Shown here: piece by piece, positions 1 to 8,811 of the stretch
How positions within the stretch are numbered: the first letter of the stretch is position 1
How the letters are laid out: every line of letters starts with the position of its first letter
Source of the DNA: an uncultured Candidatus Saccharibacteria bacterium
GTDB lineage: Bacteria; Patescibacteriota; Saccharimonadia; Saccharimonadales; JAGQNJ01
Length of the DNA stretch: 64,000 nt
Assembly: GCA_964584895.1 (NCBI GenBank)
Contig: CAZPAW010000001.1
Span: 337,504-401,503, forward strand
Direction of reading: 5' to 3'
Notes under the pieces: model-generated
Told to the model about the DNA's origin: nothing
The model's input: only the letters and a program-made list of their open reading frames with translations
Databases searched by the model: none
Made by a program: the position numbers and the translations under genes

Positions 1-408
1 ATCGCAGATGCTGGCGTAGACAGAGCTACTATATGGTCTGCTTTTGGTGCGGCTATAGGGGTTCAACCAGAAGTTATGGCATGGTACGCTCCTTTGGCAG
101 TCCGTGGAGCTGTTGTAGCAACTGGCAGTAATTTATGTTTTTGGCTTCGGAATAAGCTTGTACTAGGTGGTAATTTTCATAAAGCAGCGAGTTTGTCCCA
201 AGCTGCTTTAGGAATAGGTTTAGTAGCAGGAGCTAAACCAGGGGCTATAATTCCAATTGCAGGGGTAACATATGGGATAAATGCAGTATCTGGTGCTGAT
301 TATTTTGGCGCTCACAGGAAATACATGCGAGAAGAAAAAAGCGAGGACCTTGAAAGAGTGAAGATTAAAAAATTAGAAGGGCTCAGGAGTCTATTCAATA
401 GGCACTAA
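1..408 (+). CDS. hypothetical Gly/Ala-rich small membrane protein, possibly 5'-partial
   Basis: ORF track 76..408. The same frame has no stop back to base 1, so the CDS may start upstream of the window. Hydrophobic G/A-rich stretches (GIGLVAGAKPGAIIPIAGV) are followed by a charged tail. Confidence 0.4.
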   Translation: MADAGVDRATIWSAFGAAIGVQPEVMAWYAPLAVRGAVVATGSNLCFWLRNKLVLGGNFHKAASLSQAALGIGLVAGAKPGAIIPIAGVTYGINAVSGADYFGAHRKYMREEKSEDLERVKIKKLEGLRSLFNRH

Positions 409-569
409 GTTCTACTCCCTATTGGAATGTCATAGACAGACTAGACCCGGATAACCTATGTTTGATATGAACAATCTCTCCCCAGATATAGTTGCAATTC
501 AATCATACCTCTGCTGCTATTTGTATAATAGATATTGATATAATGTACTATTTATAGTATAATATTAAT

Positions 570-1223
570 ATGTCGAAATTTGAAGTAATTGGTAATGATG
601 ATACAGATATTTTGAATGAGATTATGATCGAGGCTTATAAAAGATTGGCGAATTCTCCGTTTGTTAGTGAACTAGGCGTACAACAGGCGACACCTAGATC
701 ATTAGTAGAACAATCGTTGTGTGGCAATGCTTCGCATTTAGCTGTAAAGATTGCTCATGAGCAAAAAATATTTGCAGCTCGAGAAATTCACCATAATCAT
801 GTAGTAGCGCTTTTTACACCACCGGATACACGGTCACAAGAAACCGATACTATTATGTGTCTGACTTGGGGTCAGTTCAGTGATAGTGCCACTGTGTCTG
901 ACAGAGTTGAAAGTATGGGCCTAAATCCTGATTATCCTGGATATCTTGGTGCTCGCGCTGGCGCCATAGCGTTATTGGGTGGAGAAAAAGAACAATACGA
1001 CGAATATTATGGTTCTTCTGGAGTTGTAGGTATACAAACAGCTTACGCGGTCTTTGGTGAATCTATTAGACCACACTGGATTACGTCGGCGGTTGATGAA
1101 GTGTCGGTAGGCAATAATCCAATTGGCGAGATAAGCCAGGAAAAATACCATCTAGTCAAACAAGAAGAAGCGATTAGACCATTTAGGACTTTATTTCTTT
1201 TTGACTTAAAAGTTGTCCACTGA
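570..1223 (+). CDS. hypothetical protein
   Basis: 217-aa ORF preceded by an AT-rich region with several TATAAT-like boxes. No recognisable motif. Confidence 0.5.
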   Translation: MSKFEVIGNDDTDILNEIMIEAYKRLANSPFVSELGVQQATPRSLVEQSLCGNASHLAVKIAHEQKIFAAREIHHNHVVALFTPPDTRSQETDTIMCLTWGQFSDSATVSDRVESMGLNPDYPGYLGARAGAIALLGGEKEQYDEYYGSSGVVGIQTAYAVFGESIRPHWITSAVDEVSVGNNPIGEISQEKYHLVKQEEAIRPFRTLFLFDLKVVH

Positions 1224-1266
1224 GATCTTGCTGAATAGGGTAAAGCTATATTAATAGGGCAGGTTG

Positions 1267-1626
1267 CTAAAATTCTACACCGTTGTCTTTGTAGTAATCT
1301 TTAAGGGCCTTTTCGTAATATGGTCCCCAGGTTCCGTTTGTGTCACAAATTGTATTTAGCGCCAGGAACGCTCTTTCCTTGTCTTCGTCAGTAGGATAGC
1401 CTACAAATTCTGATTTGTTTTTTTGTAGTAGCTCTGCGTTAGAACAATATTTTTGCATAGCTTTTGTGCCCCATTCAGCTACGAATAGATCACCGTTATT
1501 ATACGCGTTTTTTACATACATATATCCGGCTATTCCCGCGATTACAATAATCGACAGTAGTATATTTAAACCTACCGAAATTCGAATAGGGGTTAAGAAT
1601 TTTTTTTGTTTTTTTGTTTTTGCCAT
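1267..1626 (-). CDS. hypothetical membrane-anchored small protein
   Basis: 119-aa ORF with a basic N-terminus (KTKKQKK) and one TM helix (ISVGLNILLSIIVIAGIAGYMYV). The antisense ORF 1415..1642 is less protein-like. Confidence 0.5.
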   Translation of the reverse strand: MAKTKKQKKFLTPIRISVGLNILLSIIVIAGIAGYMYVKNAYNNGDLFVAEWGTKAMQKYCSNAELLQKNKSEFVGYPTDEDKERAFLALNTICDTNGTWGPYYEKALKDYYKDNGVEF

Positions 1627-1783
1627 AAGTAACCTTTCTTAATTGATTATTGATTATTAATTATGCTTTTGGTTATGTCAATATGTCATGTTGTTGATAA
1701 TAAGTGTTGCCATAGTAGTAAGTCGGTATTTGTGATGGTATCATTAATTGTATAGCTAAAAACATAAGCAAGGTAGAGCTCCT

Positions 1784-4144
1784 ATGTATAAATACGTAAA
1801 ATTTTTTGATCAAATATCAATCGATGATATACCGCAAGTTGGCGGAAAAAATGCATCGCTCGGAGAAATGCAAAGTCATCTAGCGCCAAAAGGAGTGAAT
1901 CTGCCTAATGGATTGGCTACGACTGCCGAGAGTTACTATTATTATTTGGATTCTGTCGGGATTAGACACCAGATACAAGATATTTTAAACGGTCTTGATG
2001 TTAAGAATATTAACGATCTAAAAGCTCGAGGCGCAAAGATTAGAAATCTGATAATTAAATCAAAATTGCCGAAAGATTTTGAAGATGAGATTAGACGTGG
2101 CTATAAAGAATTAAGTCAAAAATGCGGACGAAAAAATCTAGTTGTTGCGATTAGGTCATCGGCTACGGCTGAAGATTTGCCTAACGCGTCTTTTGCTGGT
2201 CAACAGGAGACCTACTTGAATATTAAAGGCGAACGCAACGTATTAAAGGCCACGAAGAAGTGTATAGCCTCTTTATTTAATGATCGGGCAATCGTATATC
2301 GGGTAGAGAATAAATTTGATCATATGAAAGTTGCCTTGTCTGTAGGTATTCAGCAGATGGTTGCTGTGCGATCTAGAGCAGCCGGCATCATGTTTACTGT
2401 TGATACTGAGTCGGGATTTGAAAATGCAATTGTTATCAGCTCTATATATGGTATCGGCGAAAATATAGTACAAGGTCGAGTTAGCCCTGATGAGTTTACG
2501 ATTTTTAAACCCACAATGAAAATTATCAAGAAAAAAGTTGGCACCAAAAAAGAAAAAATGATTCCAGCTTTTGGCAGTAAAACAAAAAATATTCCAGTAT
2601 CGAAGGCCGATCAAGAACGATATTCAATAACCGACAAAGAAGCTCTTACGTTGGCGAATTGGGGTATAGCAATAGAAGAACACTATGGTCATCATATGGA
2701 TATTGAGTGGGCGTTAGATGAAGACGATAACAAATTATATGTTGTTCAAGCCCGCGGGGAAACGGTTCAATCCCAGAAGAACATAGACGTAATTGAAGAA
2801 TATCAGTTGAGCGAAAAAGGAAAAATTCTAACAAAAGGCTCGAGTGTTGGTAGCAAGATTGGCGTCGGTAAGGCTAGCAAGATAATGAGCCTTAAAGATA
2901 TCGCGTCATTTAAGGAAGGTGATGTGTTGGTGACCGAAATGACTGATCCAGACTGGGTAGCTATAATGAAAAAAGCTAGCGCAATCGTTACCGATAAAGG
3001 TGGCCGCACTTGTCATGCTGCGATTGTTTCCAGAGAACTAGGTATTCCTTGCGTTGTGGGTACAGCTGACGCGACTAGAAGGATTACCGATAAATCTAGT
3101 GTTACTGTAAGTTGTGCTGAGGGTGACGAAGGCTATGTTTATGAGGGAGAGCTAAAATATATAATCAATAAAACAAATATAAAAAACCTAGCCCGTCCAA
3201 AAACAAAAATAATGATGAACATCGGTTCGCCTGACCATGCTTTTGCCTATTCATTAATACCTAATGACGGTGTAGGCTTGGCCAGAGAGGAATTTATTAT
3301 AGATTCTCATATCAAGATTCATCCAATGGCATTACTAAAATTTGATCAACTCGAGGATCAGCATGCCCGCAGTGAAATAGAGAATCTGACTAGGGGTTAC
3401 AAAGATAAATCAAAGTACTTTATTGATAAACTAGCGGAAGGTATAGCTGTGATTGGGGCTGCGTTTTATCCCAATGATGTCATTATTCGGTTTAGTGATT
3501 TTAAGACGAATGAATACGCAAATTTAATAGGTGGAAAGCAATTTGAACCCCAAGAGAACAACCCAATGATAGGTTGGCGTGGTGCTAGCCGATATTATAG
3601 CGATTCTTACAGAGAAGCATTTAAGTTAGAGTGCTTGGCCTTTTTGAAAGCTAGAAACGAACTCGGCTTAACGAATGTTAAGGCAATGGTGCCTTTTTGT
3701 CGGGATATTACTGAGGCAAAAAATGTAATTGGAGTCATGGAAAGCGCTGGCTTAAAACAGGGCGACAATGGTTTTGAGGTGTACATGATGGTAGAGATTC
3801 CATCCAACGTCATTTTGGCTGAACAGTTTGCCGAGATATTTGATGGCTTTTCGATTGGCAGTAATGATCTTACTCAATTAACGCTTGGCGTAGATCGTGA
3901 TAACAGCACAGTTGCGCATGTTTATGACGAAAATAACGATGTCGTAAAAGCACTTATAACTCAGGCAATAAAAATCGCAAAGCGCACAAAGACAAAAATT
4001 GGTATATGCGGACAGGCACCATCGGATTATCCTCAATTTGCCCGATTCTTAGTAGAGGCGGGGATTGATAGTATATCGTTGGCGCCCGATACAGTGGTAA
4101 AAACGACATTAGATATTAATAAGTTAGAGAAAAAACTGAAGTAA
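1784..4144 (+). CDS. ppsA: phosphoenolpyruvate synthase (pyruvate, water dikinase)
   Basis: 786 aa. N-terminal GGKNASLGEM, phospho-His swivel motif GGRTCHAAIVSRELGIPCVVG, C-terminal PEP-utilising motif SIGSNDLTQL. Confidence 0.95.
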   Translation: MYKYVKFFDQISIDDIPQVGGKNASLGEMQSHLAPKGVNLPNGLATTAESYYYYLDSVGIRHQIQDILNGLDVKNINDLKARGAKIRNLIIKSKLPKDFEDEIRRGYKELSQKCGRKNLVVAIRSSATAEDLPNASFAGQQETYLNIKGERNVLKATKKCIASLFNDRAIVYRVENKFDHMKVALSVGIQQMVAVRSRAAGIMFTVDTESGFENAIVISSIYGIGENIVQGRVSPDEFTIFKPTMKIIKKKVGTKKEKMIPAFGSKTKNIPVSKADQERYSITDKEALTLANWGIAIEEHYGHHMDIEWALDEDDNKLYVVQARGETVQSQKNIDVIEEYQLSEKGKILTKGSSVGSKIGVGKASKIMSLKDIASFKEGDVLVTEMTDPDWVAIMKKASAIVTDKGGRTCHAAIVSRELGIPCVVGTADATRRITDKSSVTVSCAEGDEGYVYEGELKYIINKTNIKNLARPKTKIMMNIGSPDHAFAYSLIPNDGVGLAREEFIIDSHIKIHPMALLKFDQLEDQHARSEIENLTRGYKDKSKYFIDKLAEGIAVIGAAFYPNDVIIRFSDFKTNEYANLIGGKQFEPQENNPMIGWRGASRYYSDSYREAFKLECLAFLKARNELGLTNVKAMVPFCRDITEAKNVIGVMESAGLKQGDNGFEVYMMVEIPSNVILAEQFAEIFDGFSIGSNDLTQLTLGVDRDNSTVAHVYDENNDVVKALITQAIKIAKRTKTKIGICGQAPSDYPQFARFLVEAGIDSISLAPDTVVKTTLDINKLEKKLK

Positions 4145-4227
4145 ATCCAAAATATTGAAAATAAGTGAAAAAATTGTTGATAACCACTAGAGATTATTAG
4201 ATTAAGAATGTAGACTATAAAGCGTAA

Positions 4228-5658
4228 ATGAAATCAATCGTAAACCATCATGCTTCGAACTATCGAAGAACCAAAATTATTGCCACAGTTGGCCCTGCTA
4301 CCAGTGATTATGAAAAGATTGTAGGGATAATTAAAGCTGGTGCAAATGGTCTACGTCTTAATTTTAGTCATGGAGGCAACAACGAGGAATGGAAGCGCGT
4401 TATTGGTTTAATCCGACGGGCATCAGTCGAGTGCGATAAGCCTGTGGCAATTATTCAGGATTTGCAGGGACCAAAAATTCGGTTAGGTGATTTTGATGGT
4501 GTTATTAATGTCGAAAAGCATCAAGAACTTCAATTTAAGTATAATTCTGACTTTGAACGTTCAGGCGTAATTCCTCTGCAGTATGATTTGAGTAAAAAAG
4601 TAAAACGCGGGCAAGAAATGTATTTGTTTGATGGCAAGGTAAAGACAGTTATTACCGCCGTACATGAGAATGGACTAATCCAAGCCGAAGCAAAAAATAA
4701 TGGAATTTTAATAAAGCGAAAAGGCATTAACTTACCTGATACAGATTTTGGTGGAGACATTATCACGCTAAAGGATAGTAAAGATATTGCATTTGGATCT
4801 ACCCAAGACATTGATTATGTGGCTCTTAGCTTTGTTCAAAAAGCTAGCGATGTAGAGAAGTTAAAACGCAAGCTAAAGTCGCTAGGGAGTAAAGCTCGAG
4901 TAATTGCCAAGATAGAAACAAAAGCTGGGGTTGAAGATATTGATGAGATTTTCCAAGAAACAGATGTGGTTATGGTAGCGCGAGGTGATTTAGCTATAGA
5001 AACCAGTCCAGAGTCTGTGCCGGTGATGCAACGTCATATTATTGGCCTAGGGCTTCATTATAAAAAACCTACAATTGTAGCAACACAAATGTTGGCTAGC
5101 ATGACTAAATCATCTGAACCAACTAGAGCAGAGGTTTCAGACGTGGCTACTGCAGTAATTGTTGGGGCTGATAGTGTAATGCTGAGCGAAGAAACTGCAG
5201 TTGGTGAATATCCAATCGAGGCAGTTAAAGTGATGAAAAGGGTTATTCGTTATACAGAAAATAACTCTGATATCAAGGCGACATTTACATCGATTCCTAA
5301 AGACAAAGGTCGACAATATGCAATTTCTAAAGCAGTAATTGACCTAGCAAAGTCAATTGACGCTACTGCCGTAGTTGCAGAAACCAAATCTGGTGCAACG
5401 GCGGTCAATATCGCATCTCAGAGGCCAGATTCTACAATTATTGCTGTAGCTTCAGATAATGTCGTCACTAATCAGTTGGCAATTGTCTATGGAGTAAAAA
5501 GCTATCTGCGACCAGTTGATAAATTTGCAGCGACAAAGCTAACTAACTGGCTTGTAAAAGAAAAAGTGTTGCAAAAAGGGGATGTAATTATTACAGCATC
5601 CGGTAAACATCCTGGAGTCGTAGGTACTACTGACACGATTAAGGTCAGAGTAATATGA
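4228..5658 (+). CDS. pyk: pyruvate kinase
   Basis: 476 aa. RRTKIIATVGPA, NFSHG, MVARGDLAIE, MLSEETAVGEYP motifs. Confidence 0.95.
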   Translation: MKSIVNHHASNYRRTKIIATVGPATSDYEKIVGIIKAGANGLRLNFSHGGNNEEWKRVIGLIRRASVECDKPVAIIQDLQGPKIRLGDFDGVINVEKHQELQFKYNSDFERSGVIPLQYDLSKKVKRGQEMYLFDGKVKTVITAVHENGLIQAEAKNNGILIKRKGINLPDTDFGGDIITLKDSKDIAFGSTQDIDYVALSFVQKASDVEKLKRKLKSLGSKARVIAKIETKAGVEDIDEIFQETDVVMVARGDLAIETSPESVPVMQRHIIGLGLHYKKPTIVATQMLASMTKSSEPTRAEVSDVATAVIVGADSVMLSEETAVGEYPIEAVKVMKRVIRYTENNSDIKATFTSIPKDKGRQYAISKAVIDLAKSIDATAVVAETKSGATAVNIASQRPDSTIIAVASDNVVTNQLAIVYGVKSYLRPVDKFAATKLTNWLVKEKVLQKGDVIITASGKHPGVVGTTDTIKVRVI

Positions 5659-6941
5659 GTTTTCATAAAAAAACAATAAAAGATATTGAGCTATCAAATA
5701 AGACCGTCTTGCTTCGTGTTGATTACAATGTGCCGATGGATGCTCAAAAAATTAGAGAACCGTATCGCATAGAGCAATCTATACCGACTATTGAATATTT
5801 GTTAGGCAAAAAAACTAAAATTGTTATCTGTTCCCATCTTGGTAGACCGACAGCGGATGATAAAAAGAACCTATCGCTAAAACCGGTCGCAGAATTTTTA
5901 TCAAAAAAACTAAAACGTGAAGTTATTTTTATAGATGATTGTGTTGGTGACGATAGGGATGAAATTATTGAAAACCTAAGACCAGGCCAGATTGTATTGT
6001 TAGAAAATCTTCGGTTCTATAAAGAAGAGGAGGAAAATGAATCGTCGTTTGCGAAAGCGCTTGCATCGAAATGTGAAGTTTTTGTACAAGATGCATTTGG
6101 AGTTGTTCATCGCAAACATGCTTCAGTTGATGCAATAACGAAGATTATGCCTTCCGTTGCTGGATTACTTCTTGAAAAAGAAGTGACTATTATCGAACAA
6201 GTTTTATCTAAGCCCGAAAGACCGTTAACCACTATTGTTGGTGGTGCAAAAATTAAAGATAAAATCGATATATTAAAAACGTTCATTAAAACGGCAGATT
6301 TTGTCGCTATTGGGGGCGCTATGGCAAATACTTTCTTAGATGCCAAAGGCGTAGAAGTTGGGAAAAGCTTGGTAGATGATGATGAAATTGACGTCGCAAA
6401 ACAAATTCTACATATGGCAGAACAAGAAGCTAAAATTAGAGACTTCGTTTTTTACTTGCCCCAGGATGTGGTTGTCGCAACTAGTACTGACAAGCTAGCA
6501 AAAACACGAATCGTTGATCTTGACGCCCACGTAATCGCGGATATTGAAAGTTATCCGAGACAAGCTCTTAAGAGTTCGAGAACTATAAATAGCGAAGAAT
6601 TAATATTGGATATTGGCCCATTTTCTGGGGCGTTTATAGCCGGTAATTTACAGTATGCTAAGACTGTAATTTGGAATGGCCTGATGGGCGTAACAGAAAC
6701 TCCATCGGTCAATGGACCGATTGGCCCATTTGCTCACGGTACCGAGCTCATTCTAGATGCACTAAGCGGTCAATATGGACGACGACCCTACAGTCTAATT
6801 GGCGGTGGAGATACTTCGACTTATATAGAACATCGTAATTTGATGAAGTGTTTTAATCATGTATCGACTGGCGGCGGTGCAACTTTAGAATTAATTGCCG
6901 GGAAAAAATTACCAGGCATTGAAGCATTGCAAGACAAATAG
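5655..6941 (+). CDS. pgk: phosphoglycerate kinase
   Basis: 428 aa. VLLRVDYNVP, GGAKIKDKI, STGGGA motifs. 4-nt ATGA overlap with the pyk stop. Confidence 0.95.
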   Translation: MSFHKKTIKDIELSNKTVLLRVDYNVPMDAQKIREPYRIEQSIPTIEYLLGKKTKIVICSHLGRPTADDKKNLSLKPVAEFLSKKLKREVIFIDDCVGDDRDEIIENLRPGQIVLLENLRFYKEEEENESSFAKALASKCEVFVQDAFGVVHRKHASVDAITKIMPSVAGLLLEKEVTIIEQVLSKPERPLTTIVGGAKIKDKIDILKTFIKTADFVAIGGAMANTFLDAKGVEVGKSLVDDDEIDVAKQILHMAEQEAKIRDFVFYLPQDVVVATSTDKLAKTRIVDLDAHVIADIESYPRQALKSSRTINSEELILDIGPFSGAFIAGNLQYAKTVIWNGLMGVTETPSVNGPIGPFAHGTELILDALSGQYGRRPYSLIGGGDTSTYIEHRNLMKCFNHVSTGGGATLELIAGKKLPGIEALQDK

Positions 6942-6991
6942 ATTACATAACTTTTGGTTTTCGGTTTGTCTTAGTATAACTTTTAGTCAAA

Positions 6992-7062
6992 AACAACAAC
7001 AGTCTGCGCAACTCATTCGTCGGTAACGGGCTTAAAACAGTCCTCAACTTATAGTTGTTGTT
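6992..7062 (+). repeat. intergenic hairpin, member of the three-tier hairpin family (copy R1)
   Basis: AACAACAAC (6992-7000) pairs perfectly with GTTGTTGTT (7054-7062). Junction sequences ACAACAGTCTGCG and AGTCCTCAACTTATAGTTGT match copy B at 59088-59186. Followed by TCAGGACAAGCCGGATGCC (7073-7091). Confidence 0.55.
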
Positions 7063-7172
7063 ACAAAACTATTCAGGACAAGCCGGATGCCGTTAAACGC
7101 TCGCTGGATCACATATCATATAAGCAGAAGCTTCTATATGTTAAACTGTAACAAAGGTAAACATAAGCACAT

Positions 7173-7961
7173 ATGAAACGCACACTTATCGTCGGTAACT
7201 GGAAAATGAATCTGAACGCTAGTCAGTCTAGCCTGTTATTACATCGTTTACATGAGCGAATAAAAATTTATCGGGACATTGAGGTAGTTTTGGCGCCTTC
7301 GATGTTGGTTTTGCAGCCACTGAGCCTTCAAATTGATAGACGAAAGTTTAGGTTAGCCGCTCAAAATGCTCATCCAACAGATGAAGGAGCTTATACTGGC
7401 GAAGTTTCCTTTACTCAATTACAAGAGCTTGTTCATTACACAATTATTGGCCATAGCGAACGTCGAATTCATTTTGGCGAAAGTCTAGATTTAATTAGAG
7501 ATAAAGTTGCAGCTTGTGTAAGGAATAATATCACCCCGATACTCTGCGTAGGAGAAACTAAAACTGAAAGACGAGCAGGAGAGACAAACCAAGTTCTTCA
7601 CGATCAGCTATCAACAGCGCTGGCAGACCTCACTTCAAACGAAGTAGCAAACATGGTGATTGCCTATGAACCGACCTGGGCAATTAGTACTTTTGAGGGC
7701 CAATTAGCAAAACCTTTAGAGGTAAAAAAGGCATTTGATTGCATCCGTAAGCAGGTTGGTGATCTGTATGGCAGAAAAACAGCCAGCAAAGTGAGGCTAT
7801 TGTATGGCGGTAGTGTTGATGAGCACTCTGCTAGAGGTTATTTAGAAATCGAAGGTTGTGACGGTGTATTGGTCGGAGGCGCTAGTCTTAACTATCACAA
7901 ATTTTCTGAGATTGTAAATTCTGCCTATCGTTCAAATAACGAGATTGAAAAGAGTAATTAA
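7173..7961 (+). CDS. tpiA: triosephosphate isomerase
   Basis: 262 aa. VGNWKMN, IIGHSERR, AYEPTWAIST, YGGSV motifs. Confidence 0.95.
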   Translation: MKRTLIVGNWKMNLNASQSSLLLHRLHERIKIYRDIEVVLAPSMLVLQPLSLQIDRRKFRLAAQNAHPTDEGAYTGEVSFTQLQELVHYTIIGHSERRIHFGESLDLIRDKVAACVRNNITPILCVGETKTERRAGETNQVLHDQLSTALADLTSNEVANMVIAYEPTWAISTFEGQLAKPLEVKKAFDCIRKQVGDLYGRKTASKVRLLYGGSVDEHSARGYLEIEGCDGVLVGGASLNYHKFSEIVNSAYRSNNEIEKSN

Positions 7962-8767
7962 TGACTGCAAAATCAAAAGATCCAAGCATAAACGTTAGCT
8001 CTGTGAAATCAATCGATATCACTACAAAAGAGAAAAATGAAATTAAACTAAAGCCAGAAAAAAAGCCTGAAATCATCAAGCCTACAGGCATGATAAAAGA
8101 CATTCACGATAATCCAGATCAAGAAAATAAAGAAATTATTGGTTCGCCTAAACTGGATTTGCCAGAAAATTTAATATCTAATCTAAAACCACCGAGCGAA
8201 AATCGAAAAGTAATAAAACCTACTCCAGCAGTAAATGAAAGCGATTTAGTATCAAAGCCTGCTGATGATTTAACGGGTGATGACAAAACGAGAGATAAAT
8301 CATATATTGATAAAATAAGCGCTGAAGACAGCCACAATACAGAAGAAAAAGATAGTTCTATTGACGAGTCTATGGAGGAGAAAGACGTCACTAATAAAGC
8401 AGATCAAGATGATGATAAAATCAGTGATACAGAAAAAAGCGACCCCAAAAAATCGGATGACGAGCAATCTGATAAGTATGACAATGATGGAATTGTAAAT
8501 GAGCTAGCTGAACAGGCCGCAGATACGAAAAAAAAGAAACAAGAGGATAAAGAGCTCGATGACAGAGCCCAGCGAATAGAAGAACTAATTGAAGCAAAGA
8601 CTTATAATGTTCCGATTGCTCAACTTAGCCATAAAAGGCATACCAGGCTACTTATGATAATTTTGGTGATGCTCTTGGTTTGTGGACTGATTGCTGTCAA
8701 TATTGCTATTGATGCAGGAACTATAGATATTGGGATTGAGCCGTTAACTGACTTTATTCCAAATTAA
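7961..8767 (+). CDS. hypothetical acidic low-complexity protein with C-terminal TM anchor
   Basis: 268 aa. The ATG shares one base with the tpiA TAA stop (TAATG). K/D/E/S-rich body, single C-terminal TM (LLMIILVMLLVCGLIAVNIAI). Confidence 0.6.
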   Translation: MTAKSKDPSINVSSVKSIDITTKEKNEIKLKPEKKPEIIKPTGMIKDIHDNPDQENKEIIGSPKLDLPENLISNLKPPSENRKVIKPTPAVNESDLVSKPADDLTGDDKTRDKSYIDKISAEDSHNTEEKDSSIDESMEEKDVTNKADQDDDKISDTEKSDPKKSDDEQSDKYDNDGIVNELAEQAADTKKKKQEDKELDDRAQRIEELIEAKTYNVPIAQLSHKRHTRLLMIILVMLLVCGLIAVNIAIDAGTIDIGIEPLTDFIPN

Positions 8768-8811
8768 ATAACAACATCATCATTGCTTATGGTAGGTTAC
8801 AATAGTTAGTC

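Noticed and set aside
2273-3813. Minus-strand ORFs 2273..2614, 2350..2547, 2646..2834, 2803..3009 and 3607..3813
   Set aside because: They lie entirely antisense within the well-supported ppsA gene. Their composition is low-complexity or biased, and they lack ribosome-binding sites.
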